Of a stretch of 64,000 nt of DNA, positions 28,835 through 39,062 are shown piece after piece. The stretch comes from Minisyncoccia bacterium (GTDB lineage: Bacteria > Patescibacteriota > Minisyncoccia > Phycocordibacterales > UBA9973). The position numbers were made by a program, and so were the translations under genes. The notes under the pieces were generated by a model. It was not told the DNA's origin and did not search any database. It was given only the letters and a program-made list of their open reading frames with translations. Every line of letters starts with the position of its first letter. Within the stretch, counting starts at the first letter, position 1. Location of the stretch: the NCBI GenBank assembly GCA_044229265.1, contig JBGATK010000006.1, forward strand, positions 8,232-72,231. The letters run 5' to 3'.

Positions 28835-29785
28835 ATGTCTAAAAAAATACTTTTGTCGGGAATTCAGCCATCTGGCAAGCCACATATAGGCAATTATTTT
28901 GGCGCGATGAAGCAATTTGTAGATTTGCAAGACGAATATGAATGTTTTATTTTTATCGCTGATTATCATGCACTGCATACCTTGCGAGACCCAAAGCAAA
29001 TGTCTGAAAATATTAAATCTGTAATTTTGGATTATCTAGCCATCGGCCTTGATCCCGAAAAGGTGACATTATACAAACAAAGTGATATTAGCGAGCACAC
29101 AGAATTGTGCTGGATTTTCGATACACTCATCACTATGCCTTACCTTATGCGAGCGCATGCTTTCAAAGATGCAGAAGCGAAAAATAAAGAAGTATCTGTT
29201 GGTACTTTTAATTATCCAGTCCTTCAATCTGCAGATATACTCATGTATGACCCAGATATAGTGCCAGTAGGGCAAGATCAAAAGCAACACATAGAAATAG
29301 CCCGTGACATAGCTCAAAAGTTTAACAATACATATGGAGAAATTTTCAAAATGCCAAAAGAAATGATTCCAGAATCTGTGGCTATAGTTCCTGGCACAGA
29401 TGGTCAAAAAATGAGTAAAAGCTATGGCAACACTATTCCGCTTTTTGCTGAGTATGAAGAAATTAAAAAAGCTGTTATGAGTATCGTCACAGATTCTAGT
29501 GCAGATAAACCAATGAATGTTTACAATATTCACAAACTTCTTCGCTCCGAAAATGAGCTCGAGCAAATTTATATCGAAAATGCTGGCAAATATAAAATCT
29601 TGAAAGAATTACTTATAGAAGACTTAGAAAAATTCATCGCCCCAATGCGTGAGAAAAGGAAAGTCTGGGAAAGTAAACTCCCAGAAGCACTCGCTATACT
29701 AAAAGCTGGCGGAGAAAAAATGAAAAAGAAAGCTGAAGCCAAAATGGAGGAAGTTCGAGAGAAATTAGGTGTGAGTGTTTATTAA
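28835..29785 (+). CDS. trpS: tryptophan--tRNA ligase
   Basis: SGIQPSG..HIGNY, VPVGQDQ, KMSKS. Confidence 0.97.
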   Translation: MSKKILLSGIQPSGKPHIGNYFGAMKQFVDLQDEYECFIFIADYHALHTLRDPKQMSENIKSVILDYLAIGLDPEKVTLYKQSDISEHTELCWIFDTLITMPYLMRAHAFKDAEAKNKEVSVGTFNYPVLQSADILMYDPDIVPVGQDQKQHIEIARDIAQKFNNTYGEIFKMPKEMIPESVAIVPGTDGQKMSKSYGNTIPLFAEYEEIKKAVMSIVTDSSADKPMNVYNIHKLLRSENELEQIYIENAGKYKILKELLIEDLEKFIAPMREKRKVWESKLPEALAILKAGGEKMKKKAEAKMEEVREKLGVSVY

Positions 29786-29788
29786 AAT

Positions 29789-30400
29789 ATGAAAAAACAA
29801 ATTTTACATATTCACGGAGGTGAAACCTTCAGTACAAATGAAGAGTATTTAAAATTTTTAAAAGATTTAAATATTGAAAGTTTAGACTATTTTAAAAAAA
29901 TCAAATGGATAGATACTTTAGAAAAAAAACTAGGTGAGGATTTCGAAGTTATTTCTCCGAGAATGCCAAATAATTTAAACGCAAAATACATAGAATGGAA
30001 AATCTATTTTGAGAAATTATTACCATTATTAAATAACGAAATTATTTTAATAGGCCATTCTTTAGGGGGTATTTTTTTGGTGAAATATTTATCTGAAAAT
30101 ACTCTAAATAAGGATATACTAGGATTATTCATTATTGGTGCTCCGTTTGATGATAAAGATTCTGAGTATAAATTAGCTGATTTTGTTTTAAAAACTAATT
30201 TAGAAAATATCAGAAATCAAATAGAAAACAGTAGAATTTATTTTTTTCATAGTACAGACGATCAAGTAGTTCTCTTTAATGATTTTTTAAAATATAAAAA
30301 TTTATTGCCTGAAGCAAATTTTATAGAATTTAATAATAGAGGCCACATAAATCAACCAGAATTTCCAGAATTAGTAGAATTACTATTGAAACTTAAGTAA
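29789..30400 (+). CDS. RBBP9/YdeN-type alpha/beta hydrolase
   Basis: IHGG, GHSLG nucleophile elbow, STDD, GH. Confidence 0.85.
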   Translation: MKKQILHIHGGETFSTNEEYLKFLKDLNIESLDYFKKIKWIDTLEKKLGEDFEVISPRMPNNLNAKYIEWKIYFEKLLPLLNNEIILIGHSLGGIFLVKYLSENTLNKDILGLFIIGAPFDDKDSEYKLADFVLKTNLENIRNQIENSRIYFFHSTDDQVVLFNDFLKYKNLLPEANFIEFNNRGHINQPEFPELVELLLKLK

Positions 30401-30403
30401 TAT

Positions 30404-31165
30404 ATGAAAATTATAGCAATTGGAGGTGGAACTATAAAAAAAGTAGTTGAGAATAAGCAAATTATATACGGGACTTTATCTATAGATAAAGAAATATTAA
30501 AATTTTCAGATAAGAAAAATCCTAAAATTTTATTTATACCTACTGCAAGTATGGATGATGAGAGTTATATAAAAGTTTTTGAGGAATATTTTGGTAAAAA
30601 ATTAAAGTGTGAAGTTGAAATATTAAAACTTTACAAAAGCAATATTACGATAAAAGAAATAAAGAATAAAATTTTAAATACAAATATTATTTATGTTGGT
30701 GGTGGTAATACTTTAATGATGATGAATCTTTGGAAAAAGCTCGGGATTCTACCTATCTTAAAAGAAGTAATAAAAAAAGATATTGTACTTTGTGGAACAA
30801 GCGCAGGAGGTATTTGTTGGTTTAAATATGGGAATTCGGATTCAAGAAAATTTAAAAATTCAAATGCAAAATTAATAAAAGTTTCAGGTTTAGATTTATT
30901 CCCTTTATTATTTTGCCCACATTATAGTAAAGAAAAGGACAGAAAACAGAGTTTAAAAAATATGACTAAAAATATGAAAGAAGTTGCAATTGCAGTAGAT
31001 GATTATTGTGCTATACAAATACAAGATGAAAAATTTAGAATAATAAGTTCAAAGATAGACGCAAATGCATACAAGGTGTACTGGAAAAATGGAGTTTTTT
31101 ATCACAAAAAAATTGAGAAAAATAAAAAATTTATGCCAATTGATGCTTTATCGAAAAAGATTTAG
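30404..31165 (+). CDS. peptidase E (S51 family)
   Basis: FIPTAS, YVGGGNT, GTSAG, CPHY. Confidence 0.88.
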   Translation: MKIIAIGGGTIKKVVENKQIIYGTLSIDKEILKFSDKKNPKILFIPTASMDDESYIKVFEEYFGKKLKCEVEILKLYKSNITIKEIKNKILNTNIIYVGGGNTLMMMNLWKKLGILPILKEVIKKDIVLCGTSAGGICWFKYGNSDSRKFKNSNAKLIKVSGLDLFPLLFCPHYSKEKDRKQSLKNMTKNMKEVAIAVDDYCAIQIQDEKFRIISSKIDANAYKVYWKNGVFYHKKIEKNKKFMPIDALSKKI

Positions 31166-31202
31166 ATTAGAAATCCATTCTATTTTATGTTAATATATTT
31201 AT

Positions 31203-32543
31203 ATGCAAAACAGAATTTATATTAAAGATTTGAATACAAAAATAGGGGAGGAAGTTGTCATCGCTGGGTGGGTGAATATTCGCAGAGATCAAGGCAAGAT
31301 GGTTTTTTTTGATATGAGGGACATGACTGGCATTGTGCAGTGCATCACGCTTCCGGCAAGCTTAGCAATAGAAACAGCAAAAGAAATCCGCCCAGAATGG
31401 GTCTTAAAAATCACTGGCAAAGTGAATGCCCGCCCAGAGAAGAATATAAAAGCTGGGGTACTAAATGGCGAACTTGAGCTCGAAGTCCTAGGCATTGAAA
31501 TACTTGCAAAGGCAGAGACTCTGCCTTTTGATATGTCGCTAGATGGTTATAATTTGGATTTGGTGACAGAACTAGATAATAGAGCCCTCGTAATTCGCCA
31601 CCCGAAAGTGCAAGCAATATTTAAAATACAGGAAACTGTGATAGATAGCTTTCGTGAATTCATGAAGCAAAATATGTTTTTTGAATTTCAAGCACCTTCT
31701 ATTGTGCCAGCTACAGCCGAGGGCGGGGCAGAAGTATTTCAAGTAGATTATTTTGATAAAAAAGCGTATCTCTCGCAATCACCACAACTTTACAAACAAA
31801 TCGTGATGACAGGTTTTGAGCGATGTTTTTCTGTAAACAAAGTATTTCGTGCTGAGCCATCTACAACTACTCGCCACTTGACCGAGATAGTTTCTTTAGA
31901 TGCAGAAATGGCATTTATAGATAGCTGGAAAGATATTCGTGATATGGCTGAAGATACTATTCGATATATTTTAGAGCAGATAAAAATAAAAAATGCTCTG
32001 CATTTGAAATTGCTTGAGGTAGAATTGCCGACCATGATAGACAAAACTCCGACATATTCACTGACCGAAGTGCACGAAATGATTTTAAAAGAATATGGTA
32101 GAGACAATAGGGGCGACAAAGATTTGAGTTCAGAAGATGAAGTGCAGATTTCAGAAATTGTAAAAAAACAAACTGGTTCAGATTTTGTATTCGTGTATGG
32201 ATACCCCACACGGGCAAAGCCATTTTATGTTTTCCCGAGCGTTGAGACTCCAGAGTTCAACGAAGGAGTAGACCTTATTTGTCGTGGACGCGAATTACTT
32301 TCTGGTGGACGCAGAATAAATGATTATAAACAACTGATGGAGCATGTGAAGATTTGGGGTATGGATCCTGCCAAGATCAAAATGTTCCTTGATGCATTTA
32401 AATATGGAGTAGCTCCCGAAGGTGGTTTTGCTTTTGGTGCAGAACGTATCACAATGCAATTTCTAAACCTGCCAAACATCCGCCAAGCGACCATGTTCCC
32501 AAGAGACATGAATAGAATAGATGAAAGTTTATCTAATGAATAA
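31203..32543 (+). CDS. aspS: aspartate--tRNA ligase, short (archaeal-like) and probably non-discriminating
   Basis: OB fold, EGGAEVF, LSQSPQLYKQ, FRAE, GGFAFGAER; no bacterial GAD insert. Confidence 0.88.
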   Translation: MQNRIYIKDLNTKIGEEVVIAGWVNIRRDQGKMVFFDMRDMTGIVQCITLPASLAIETAKEIRPEWVLKITGKVNARPEKNIKAGVLNGELELEVLGIEILAKAETLPFDMSLDGYNLDLVTELDNRALVIRHPKVQAIFKIQETVIDSFREFMKQNMFFEFQAPSIVPATAEGGAEVFQVDYFDKKAYLSQSPQLYKQIVMTGFERCFSVNKVFRAEPSTTTRHLTEIVSLDAEMAFIDSWKDIRDMAEDTIRYILEQIKIKNALHLKLLEVELPTMIDKTPTYSLTEVHEMILKEYGRDNRGDKDLSSEDEVQISEIVKKQTGSDFVFVYGYPTRAKPFYVFPSVETPEFNEGVDLICRGRELLSGGRRINDYKQLMEHVKIWGMDPAKIKMFLDAFKYGVAPEGGFAFGAERITMQFLNLPNIRQATMFPRDMNRIDESLSNE

Positions 32544-33195
32544 AGAATATACTCAAAAACTCGAAAATGTAATTGAACAAATGCTAAAACCTGTAAAAGG
32601 CATTCCTTTTAATTTAGTCATAAAATCTCTTTCTGGATATAAAATTATTCCTTTTAATAAAAAAGACCAAAGAGATGTTAAAACTTTAAAAGATTTATCT
32701 TTAGTAGCGGAACAAGTTTGTTTAAATGTAAATAAAAAAGGAATAAAAAGACCTAGGCCGAATGAGGTAGGTAATGATATAGAAATTTTTGTAAAAGAAT
32801 CTTTAAATAAAATAGGGTTCGAAGCAGGTATTCCGAAAACAAAAAATGGCAATAAAAAATCTACGGGTTATCCAGATATTGAATTTGTAGATAAATTTGG
32901 TAGAAAAAATTATTTAGAATGTAAAACTTATAATATTAATAATATAAATTCTACCCAACGTTCTTTTTACATATCACCAGCAGAAGAATTTAAAGTCTCA
33001 TCTAATGCGCATCATTTTTTGTTGTCTTTTGAAGTAGCTATTACTGGAAAATCAGGGAAAATGTCTATTTTTAGATGTAAAAGTTGGAAGATTTTATCTT
33101 TGGAGGGATTAGAAGTTGATGTTAAATATGAATTTAATTCAGATAATATTCGTTTATATAATTCAAAATTAGTTTTAGCTGAGGGAAAAATATAG
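32536..33195 (+). CDS. putative type II restriction endonuclease, PD-(D/E)xK
   Basis: GNDIE, GYPD, YLECK; adjacent to a methyltransferase. Confidence 0.7.
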   Translation: MNKEYTQKLENVIEQMLKPVKGIPFNLVIKSLSGYKIIPFNKKDQRDVKTLKDLSLVAEQVCLNVNKKGIKRPRPNEVGNDIEIFVKESLNKIGFEAGIPKTKNGNKKSTGYPDIEFVDKFGRKNYLECKTYNINNINSTQRSFYISPAEEFKVSSNAHHFLLSFEVAITGKSGKMSIFRCKSWKILSLEGLEVDVKYEFNSDNIRLYNSKLVLAEGKI

Positions 33196-33209
33196 TATAA
33201 TGTTTAAAT

Positions 33210-34463
33210 ATGCAGACTAAACCTGGGAATATTAAAAAAAAAATAACTAAAAAAAGTCTTTTTCTTAGCCATTTAGAAAATTTTAATTTATCTAGGCCAA
33301 CAAAAATTGAGTACTTAAATATTAATGGTAATTTGTACCCGAAATACATTAATGAATTTTGGACAGCAAAACAAAGACAATCAAATAGTATACATGAAGT
33401 CTCTTACCGTGCGTGTTTTAAGCCGGAACTAGTAAATTTCTTCTTACAAAAATTAACTATTGAAGGCGATGTCGTCTACGATCCGTTTGCAGGTAGAGGG
33501 ACTACTTTAATTGAAGCAGCTTTAAATAATAGAAATATCATTTCTAATGATATTAATCCACTTAGTAAGATTTTATGTAAATCCAGAATAAACCCTCCGA
33601 AAATTTCAGAATTAATTGAAAGATTACTTAGTATACCAATTAATAATAATAAATTAGATATTGATTTGACTATGTTTTACCACCCAGATACAGAAAAAGA
33701 AATTCTATCTATTAGGAAATATTTACTAAATAAAGAAAAAAATAAGACAGAAGACAAATTAGATTTATGGATTAAAATGGTTATGACTAATCGACTCACT
33801 GGTCATTCGAAAGGTTTTTTTTCTGTATATACATTACCTCCAAATCAAGCAGTGTCGCAAAAAAGACAAATTGAAATAAACAAAAAATTAAAACAAATTC
33901 CAGAGTACAGAAGTGTTATAGATATTGTAATAAAAAAAACTAAAAATTTAACTTCAGATTTAACTGATATAGATTATAATAATTTATATAATATCTCAAA
34001 TAATGCTCTTTTTTTAACAAAAGATAGTAGAGAGACTAGTGAAATAAAAGATAATTCAGTTTCTTTAATTGTGACCTCTCCTCCTTTTTTAGATGTAGTG
34101 CAATATGCACAAGACAATTGGTTGCGTTGTTGGTTTAATGGAATTAATGCAGAAAAAATTGAGAAAGGAATTACAATACCCAAAAAGGTAGAAATTTGGA
34201 ATGAGATTATGTTTCAAACTCTGAAAGAATTATTTAGGGTTGTGAAAAATGACGGATTTGTTATTTTTGAAGTTGGAGAAGTAAAAAATGGCAAAATAAG
34301 ATTAGACGAACAAATAGTTCCATTAGCAATTATGGCTGGATTTGAATGCTTGGGTGTTATGATTAATGATCAGATTTTTTCTAAAACTGCAAATATTTGG
34401 GGAATTTCAAATAATAGTAAAGGCACAAATACTAATAGATTAGTTTTATTATATAAGAAATAA
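33210..34463 (+). CDS. amino (N4-C/N6-A) DNA methyltransferase, alpha-type motif order
   Basis: DPFAGRGTT motif I precedes TSPPF motif IV. Confidence 0.88.
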   Translation: MQTKPGNIKKKITKKSLFLSHLENFNLSRPTKIEYLNINGNLYPKYINEFWTAKQRQSNSIHEVSYRACFKPELVNFFLQKLTIEGDVVYDPFAGRGTTLIEAALNNRNIISNDINPLSKILCKSRINPPKISELIERLLSIPINNNKLDIDLTMFYHPDTEKEILSIRKYLLNKEKNKTEDKLDLWIKMVMTNRLTGHSKGFFSVYTLPPNQAVSQKRQIEINKKLKQIPEYRSVIDIVIKKTKNLTSDLTDIDYNNLYNISNNALFLTKDSRETSEIKDNSVSLIVTSPPFLDVVQYAQDNWLRCWFNGINAEKIEKGITIPKKVEIWNEIMFQTLKELFRVVKNDGFVIFEVGEVKNGKIRLDEQIVPLAIMAGFECLGVMINDQIFSKTANIWGISNNSKGTNTNRLVLLYKK

Positions 34464-34802
34464 ATGAATAATTTACTTAATAAAAAATGCATACCGTGTG
34501 AGGGTGGTGATGTGAAGCCTTTTGATCGTGAGCGAGCGGAGGAATATATGGTAGATGTAAAAGGTTGGACTTTGTCCGATGATGCAAAAAGTATTACTAG
34601 AGAATATAAATTTGTGGACTTTATTGGAGCAGTGAATTTCGTGAACTTAGTGGCTGACATTGCCGAGGAAGAAGGTCATCACCCAGACATAAAAATAAAT
34701 TATAATAAAGTAAGTCTCACACTCTCGACTCACGCTATAGTAGGACTTTCTGAAAACGACTTCATCGTCGCTGCCAAAATCGACGCACATACTATGAAAT
34801 AA
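34464..34802 (+). CDS. phhB: pterin-4-alpha-carbinolamine dehydratase
   Basis: CIPCEGG, EGHHPDI, THAI.GLSENDF. Confidence 0.93.
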   Translation: MNNLLNKKCIPCEGGDVKPFDRERAEEYMVDVKGWTLSDDAKSITREYKFVDFIGAVNFVNLVADIAEEEGHHPDIKINYNKVSLTLSTHAIVGLSENDFIVAAKIDAHTMK

Positions 34803-34805
34803 GCT

Positions 34806-34828
34806 TGCGCTAGGCAAGACCTAACGCA
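34806..34828. repeat. short palindrome, possible mini-element
   Basis: TGCGCTAGG-CAAGA-CCTAACGCA; no U-tract. Confidence 0.4.
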
Positions 34829-34836
34829 GTACAAAT

Positions 34837-34871
34837 AAAAATACCTCAATCTATGGGAAAGATTGAGGTAT
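34837..34871 (-). terminator. intrinsic terminator
   Basis: ATACCTCAATCT..AGATTGAGGTAT with T-run on the minus strand. Confidence 0.7.
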
Positions 34872-35102
34872 CAGGTTATAACCTATAATTTTCTTCTGGC
34901 CTATTTTCATTAAACCATCAGAGTTCATTTTAATTCTTTTACCGAAAGGTATTGAAGTTAAGATTTCAGATCTATGCTTATTAGCAAATCTACGCTCGAT
35001 TAACTTGAGTTTTGGCGACTCCAAAGCTATTCTCATCCTTTCTTGTGAATAAGGGACAAATTCAAATTTATCACCTTCGAGATTTAGAATTATAGTTTTC
35101 AT
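34851..35102 (-). CDS. hypothetical protein (83 aa)
   Basis: ORF fills the gap and ends in a terminator. Confidence 0.5.
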   Translation of the reverse strand: MKTIILNLEGDKFEFVPYSQERMRIALESPKLKLIERRFANKHRSEILTSIPFGKRIKMNSDGLMKIGQKKIIGYNLIPQSFP

Positions 35103-35179
35103 GTTCAGTTTATTTAAAACGTTTACAAATAGATATTCTAAAACCTAATTATACTTTAGGTCTCAAAATCAAGCAAATC

Positions 35180-37696
35180 TTATTTTCCCCAGTCTTTTAG
35201 GAATTTTTTGATATTTGGTAATTCGCGATAGAGGTATATGACATTTGCTTCCATTTTTTCTATGGTTTGCTCGATAGAGCGTTTTGCTCCCGGAGCTTCG
35301 TTTTTCATAAAGAATTTTTTGTATTCTTCGAGGTGCTTTTTCTCGGGAGAATACTGCATGTCTTTGACTACTCGAGAGAGAGCCATGCCACCATCGCCAT
35401 AACGATTTAGGAATGTTTGCCAATTTGATTTAAGATTTTTCATAAAGATACTTCGGCCGAGGGGGTTGCCACCGACCCCTGCAAGTATACCTACAGTATC
35501 TTGAATACGAACATCGCTAGATAATGCAAAATGCACTACATCACAAAGTATTTTGTCGTCATTAAATTGCCCGAGTGCTCCGCCAATGCGATTTTTCTCT
35601 TCATGTAGATTTTCTTTTGTATAGTGAGAAATTAATTTTTTATATTCTTTCTCTCCACCCATTTTTGCATAAGCAGAGTAAGCGAGAGTTCGCAGGTCGG
35701 GATCTATTTTTTTACCATTTTCCATATCTTTATATCGTTTTAATAGTTCTTTTACTACACCCGCATGATTTGATGAAAGCATCCGCCTTAAAACTACAGA
35801 ACGAAGCAGTGGTGTGGTATGGTCTTCGCCAGACTTTTTATCAAAACCAACTTTCAGAAAAATATTTTCAAATAAATTTAACACATAATTATCGAACTCT
35901 GGTTTCAATTTTGTGTGATAAAGCATTTGATTTATATAAGCTAGGCCACCTGAAATTTCCGCCCAGACTGTGTAATTATCCTCATCCTTGTATGCAGATA
36001 AGAATTCTAATACATAATTTGTAGGAATTATCCCAGCTTCGGATAGGGCAAAGAGGTCGCGCACAAGCCCCAAGCGGTCAAGTGGCGGTAAGGTTTTATT
36101 TGCTACAGGTTGTTTAAGTAATTCTAAAAGTTCATGGCTGTATGCTGTGCGGAAAAAACCAGTTTCATTTGAATTTATTTTAATAAAATTTTCTGTTTCT
36201 ATATAAGGCACAGGCACTGTCCACTTTGTTTTTGTTCTGTTTTTTTCTTTGGAAATAGGACTAGAAAAAAATCTCTCTTGAGAAAGTGCAAGCTCGCCAT
36301 TTTTAATGGATGCTTTTACTACAGGATAACCAGACTGACTAGTCCAACCATGCATCATTTTCTTTACTTCTTTTCTGCTTATTTTTTCAAATGCTTCCCA
36401 TAGGTGGACTGTCTCGGTATTTTTATAGCTGTGTTTTTTAAGGTAATATCTAAGGCCATTTTTAAAATTTTCTTCACCCAAATAATTTGCCAACATGCGA
36501 ATTACTGATGCTCCTTTGCTATAAGACACAGCATCAAAGATTTCGCCGATTTCATCTGGGTGGTGAACTTTCACTTCGATCGGGTGGGTATTTGCGAGAG
36601 CATCAAGCGATAGAGCTATAGACAAATCATGAGTTGCAAATTGTGTCCAAATATCCCAATCCGGGAAAAGTTTATCTACGGCTAAGTATTCTATATAAGA
36701 AGCAAATCCTTCATTGAGCCACAAATCTGTCCACCATTCCATCGTCACCAAATTCCCAAACCATTGGTGAGCGAGTTCATGAGCTATGACGAGTGCTACC
36801 CATTGTTTGTTTGCAATAGAAGATTTTTCTTCATCAAAAAGAAGGGCAGTTTCCCGATAAGTAATAGCGCCCCAATTCTCCATAGCTCCTGAGGAAAAGT
36901 CTGGTATGGCTATCATGTCTAATGTGTTTAGTGGATAGGGAATATCGAAATACTCTTCATAAAAGTCAAGGCATTTGACTGTGGTGTCGAGGGCAAAGCC
37001 GGCTTGGTGAATTTTGCCAGGAGTTGTGTACACGCGTACTATCACTCCACGTTTTGATTTCTTTTCTATGTATTCAAAATCGCCGACAATAAATGCGAGT
37101 AGATAAGTAGACATTTTGGGTGAGGGCGCAAATTTTATAACTTCAAAGCCAGCTTCATGTTCTATTTTTGAAACAGGAAGTGTATTTGAAATAGCAGTTT
37201 TACCTTTAGGTACCACGAGCGATACATGGAATATTGCTTTGTGCGCTGGCTCATCAAAACAAGGGAAAGCCCTACGCGCATCAGTCGCTTCGAATTGGGT
37301 GGTAGCTATGTTGCGTACTTTGGCTTCGTAAATATAACTCGAACGATAAAAACCACGCATTTTGTCATTCAGAATTCCTTTAAATGAAATCGTGAGTTTT
37401 ATTTTGCCAGTTTTTATTTTTTCTTTAAAAGTAAAAGTAGCAGTTTCCGATTTTTGATCATAAGAAATATTAGCAAAAACTTTTTCTTTGTTTACTATTA
37501 CACTTGCAGTTTCGATATCTATTTCTTTTGAGTGTAGAGTAAGAGTTTTCGTCGATTTTAATATATCTAAAGTAATTGTTTCAACTCCCGAAAAAGTAAA
37601 ATTCTCTAGATCTGGATGAAGCTGTATGTCATATTCTACAGGTAGTACATAAGTCGTAAGTCGAGTATTCATTTTTTTAGTATTTTTCTTTTGCAT
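35180..37696 (-). CDS. pepN: M1 family aminopeptidase with ERAP1-like C-terminus
   Basis: GAMENWG, HELAHQW..WLNEG, YSKG. Confidence 0.95.
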   Translation of the reverse strand: MQKKNTKKMNTRLTTYVLPVEYDIQLHPDLENFTFSGVETITLDILKSTKTLTLHSKEIDIETASVIVNKEKVFANISYDQKSETATFTFKEKIKTGKIKLTISFKGILNDKMRGFYRSSYIYEAKVRNIATTQFEATDARRAFPCFDEPAHKAIFHVSLVVPKGKTAISNTLPVSKIEHEAGFEVIKFAPSPKMSTYLLAFIVGDFEYIEKKSKRGVIVRVYTTPGKIHQAGFALDTTVKCLDFYEEYFDIPYPLNTLDMIAIPDFSSGAMENWGAITYRETALLFDEEKSSIANKQWVALVIAHELAHQWFGNLVTMEWWTDLWLNEGFASYIEYLAVDKLFPDWDIWTQFATHDLSIALSLDALANTHPIEVKVHHPDEIGEIFDAVSYSKGASVIRMLANYLGEENFKNGLRYYLKKHSYKNTETVHLWEAFEKISRKEVKKMMHGWTSQSGYPVVKASIKNGELALSQERFFSSPISKEKNRTKTKWTVPVPYIETENFIKINSNETGFFRTAYSHELLELLKQPVANKTLPPLDRLGLVRDLFALSEAGIIPTNYVLEFLSAYKDEDNYTVWAEISGGLAYINQMLYHTKLKPEFDNYVLNLFENIFLKVGFDKKSGEDHTTPLLRSVVLRRMLSSNHAGVVKELLKRYKDMENGKKIDPDLRTLAYSAYAKMGGEKEYKKLISHYTKENLHEEKNRIGGALGQFNDDKILCDVVHFALSSDVRIQDTVGILAGVGGNPLGRSIFMKNLKSNWQTFLNRYGDGGMALSRVVKDMQYSPEKKHLEEYKKFFMKNEAPGAKRSIEQTIEKMEANVIYLYRELPNIKKFLKDWGK

Positions 37697-37718
37697 AGAG
37701 AAATGTTAGCATATAATA
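37697..37718. promoter_or_regulatory. overlapping divergent extended -10 promoters (pepN / scpA)
   Basis: Plus: TGT-TAGCAT-6 nt-ATG 37719; minus: TGC-TAACAT-6 nt-ATG 37696. Confidence 0.6.
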
Positions 37719-38492
37719 ATGGAAACTGAAAATTCTGACCTTACTTATAATATAAAAACCCCAGTTTTTGAAGGGCCTTTTGGTTTACTGCTTTCACTGG
37801 TAGAAAAGCGTAAACTTTTCATAAATGATGTTTCTTTGGCAAGCGTCACCGAAGATTATTTGAATTATGTTAATGGCTTAGAAAATAAAGATCCAATGCA
37901 TATGTCATCTTTTATTGTAGTTGCTTCGACACTGCTTTTAATTAAATCAAAATCATTACTTCCTAATTTAGTATTTACAGAAGAAGAAGAGGTTAGTATT
38001 AAAGATTTAGAGGATAGATTAGCTTTATATGAATTGTATAGTAATTTGACTCAAAACATAAAAGAAAAGTTTGGTAAAAAAATAATATTTATGCCGATAG
38101 AACATAAAGTAGAAACAGTCGTTTTTTTGCCAGATGAGAGAATTACAAAATATAATATGATGATTTTAGCACAAGATATTGTAAATAAATTACCTAAAAA
38201 AGTAATTTTACCAAAAGTAGAAATAAGAAAAGTAATAAGTATTGAGGAAATGATAGGTCGGCTAACGGAGAGGATAAATGATGCACTCAAAATGAGTTTT
38301 AAAGAATTTTCCCGTAGTAGCAATGCTTCATATTCTAAAGAAGAAAAAGTGAATATAATAGTTTCTTTTTTGGCTGTGTTGGAACTCGCTCGGCAAGGCG
38401 TGCTTTCTTTAGTGCAGGAAAATAATTTTGACGATATCATGATACAAAAACAGGAGATTTTAATAGAAGAAAACAATATAATTAATTTATAA
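37719..38492 (+). CDS. scpA: segregation and condensation protein A
   Basis: FEGPFGLLLSLV, IKSKSLLP, FLAVLELAR. Confidence 0.93.
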   Translation: METENSDLTYNIKTPVFEGPFGLLLSLVEKRKLFINDVSLASVTEDYLNYVNGLENKDPMHMSSFIVVASTLLLIKSKSLLPNLVFTEEEEVSIKDLEDRLALYELYSNLTQNIKEKFGKKIIFMPIEHKVETVVFLPDERITKYNMMILAQDIVNKLPKKVILPKVEIRKVISIEEMIGRLTERINDALKMSFKEFSRSSNASYSKEEKVNIIVSFLAVLELARQGVLSLVQENNFDDIMIQKQEILIEENNIINL

Positions 38493-38495
38493 AAA

Positions 38496-39062
38496 ATGGA
38501 AAATTTAGAACAAAAAATTGAAAGTGTGCTTTTCTTTAAAGGAGAACCAGTAGAAAGGAAACGCTTGTTAGAAATTTTGCAAGTTAGCTCTGAAGAATTA
38601 ACAAATGCTATTTTGAATTTGCGAAAATCCTTAGAGGGCAGAGGTATAGTTTTACAAGAAAATGAAGAAAAGTTATCTCTTGGCACTAATCCAGAGTTTA
38701 GTGTTTTAATAGAAACTTTGCAGAAAGAAGAATTACAAAAAGATTTATCTAAAGCTACGATGGATACATTGTCGATTATTTTATACAAAAATGGAGCAAC
38801 TAGAAATGAGATAGATTATATTCGCGGAGTTAATTCTAGTTTTATTTTACGTGCACTTTCAATCAGAGGTTTGGTTGAGAAAATTACAGACAAAGAGGAT
38901 TCTAGACGTTTTGTATATAAACCGACTTTTGCTTTGCTTGGTTTTATGGGTTTAGAACGTATTGAAGATTTACCAAATTACGATATCATTCAGAAAAAAT
39001 TGCAAGATTCTGCTCTAGAATTAAAAGAGGTAGAGAATAATAATGAATCTTCTGAAATATAA
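38496..39062 (+). CDS. scpB: segregation and condensation protein B
   Basis: IESVLF..GEP, LSKATMDTLSII, IDYIRGVNS. Confidence 0.93.
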   Translation: MENLEQKIESVLFFKGEPVERKRLLEILQVSSEELTNAILNLRKSLEGRGIVLQENEEKLSLGTNPEFSVLIETLQKEELQKDLSKATMDTLSIILYKNGATRNEIDYIRGVNSSFILRALSIRGLVEKITDKEDSRRFVYKPTFALLGFMGLERIEDLPNYDIIQKKLQDSALELKEVENNNESSEI

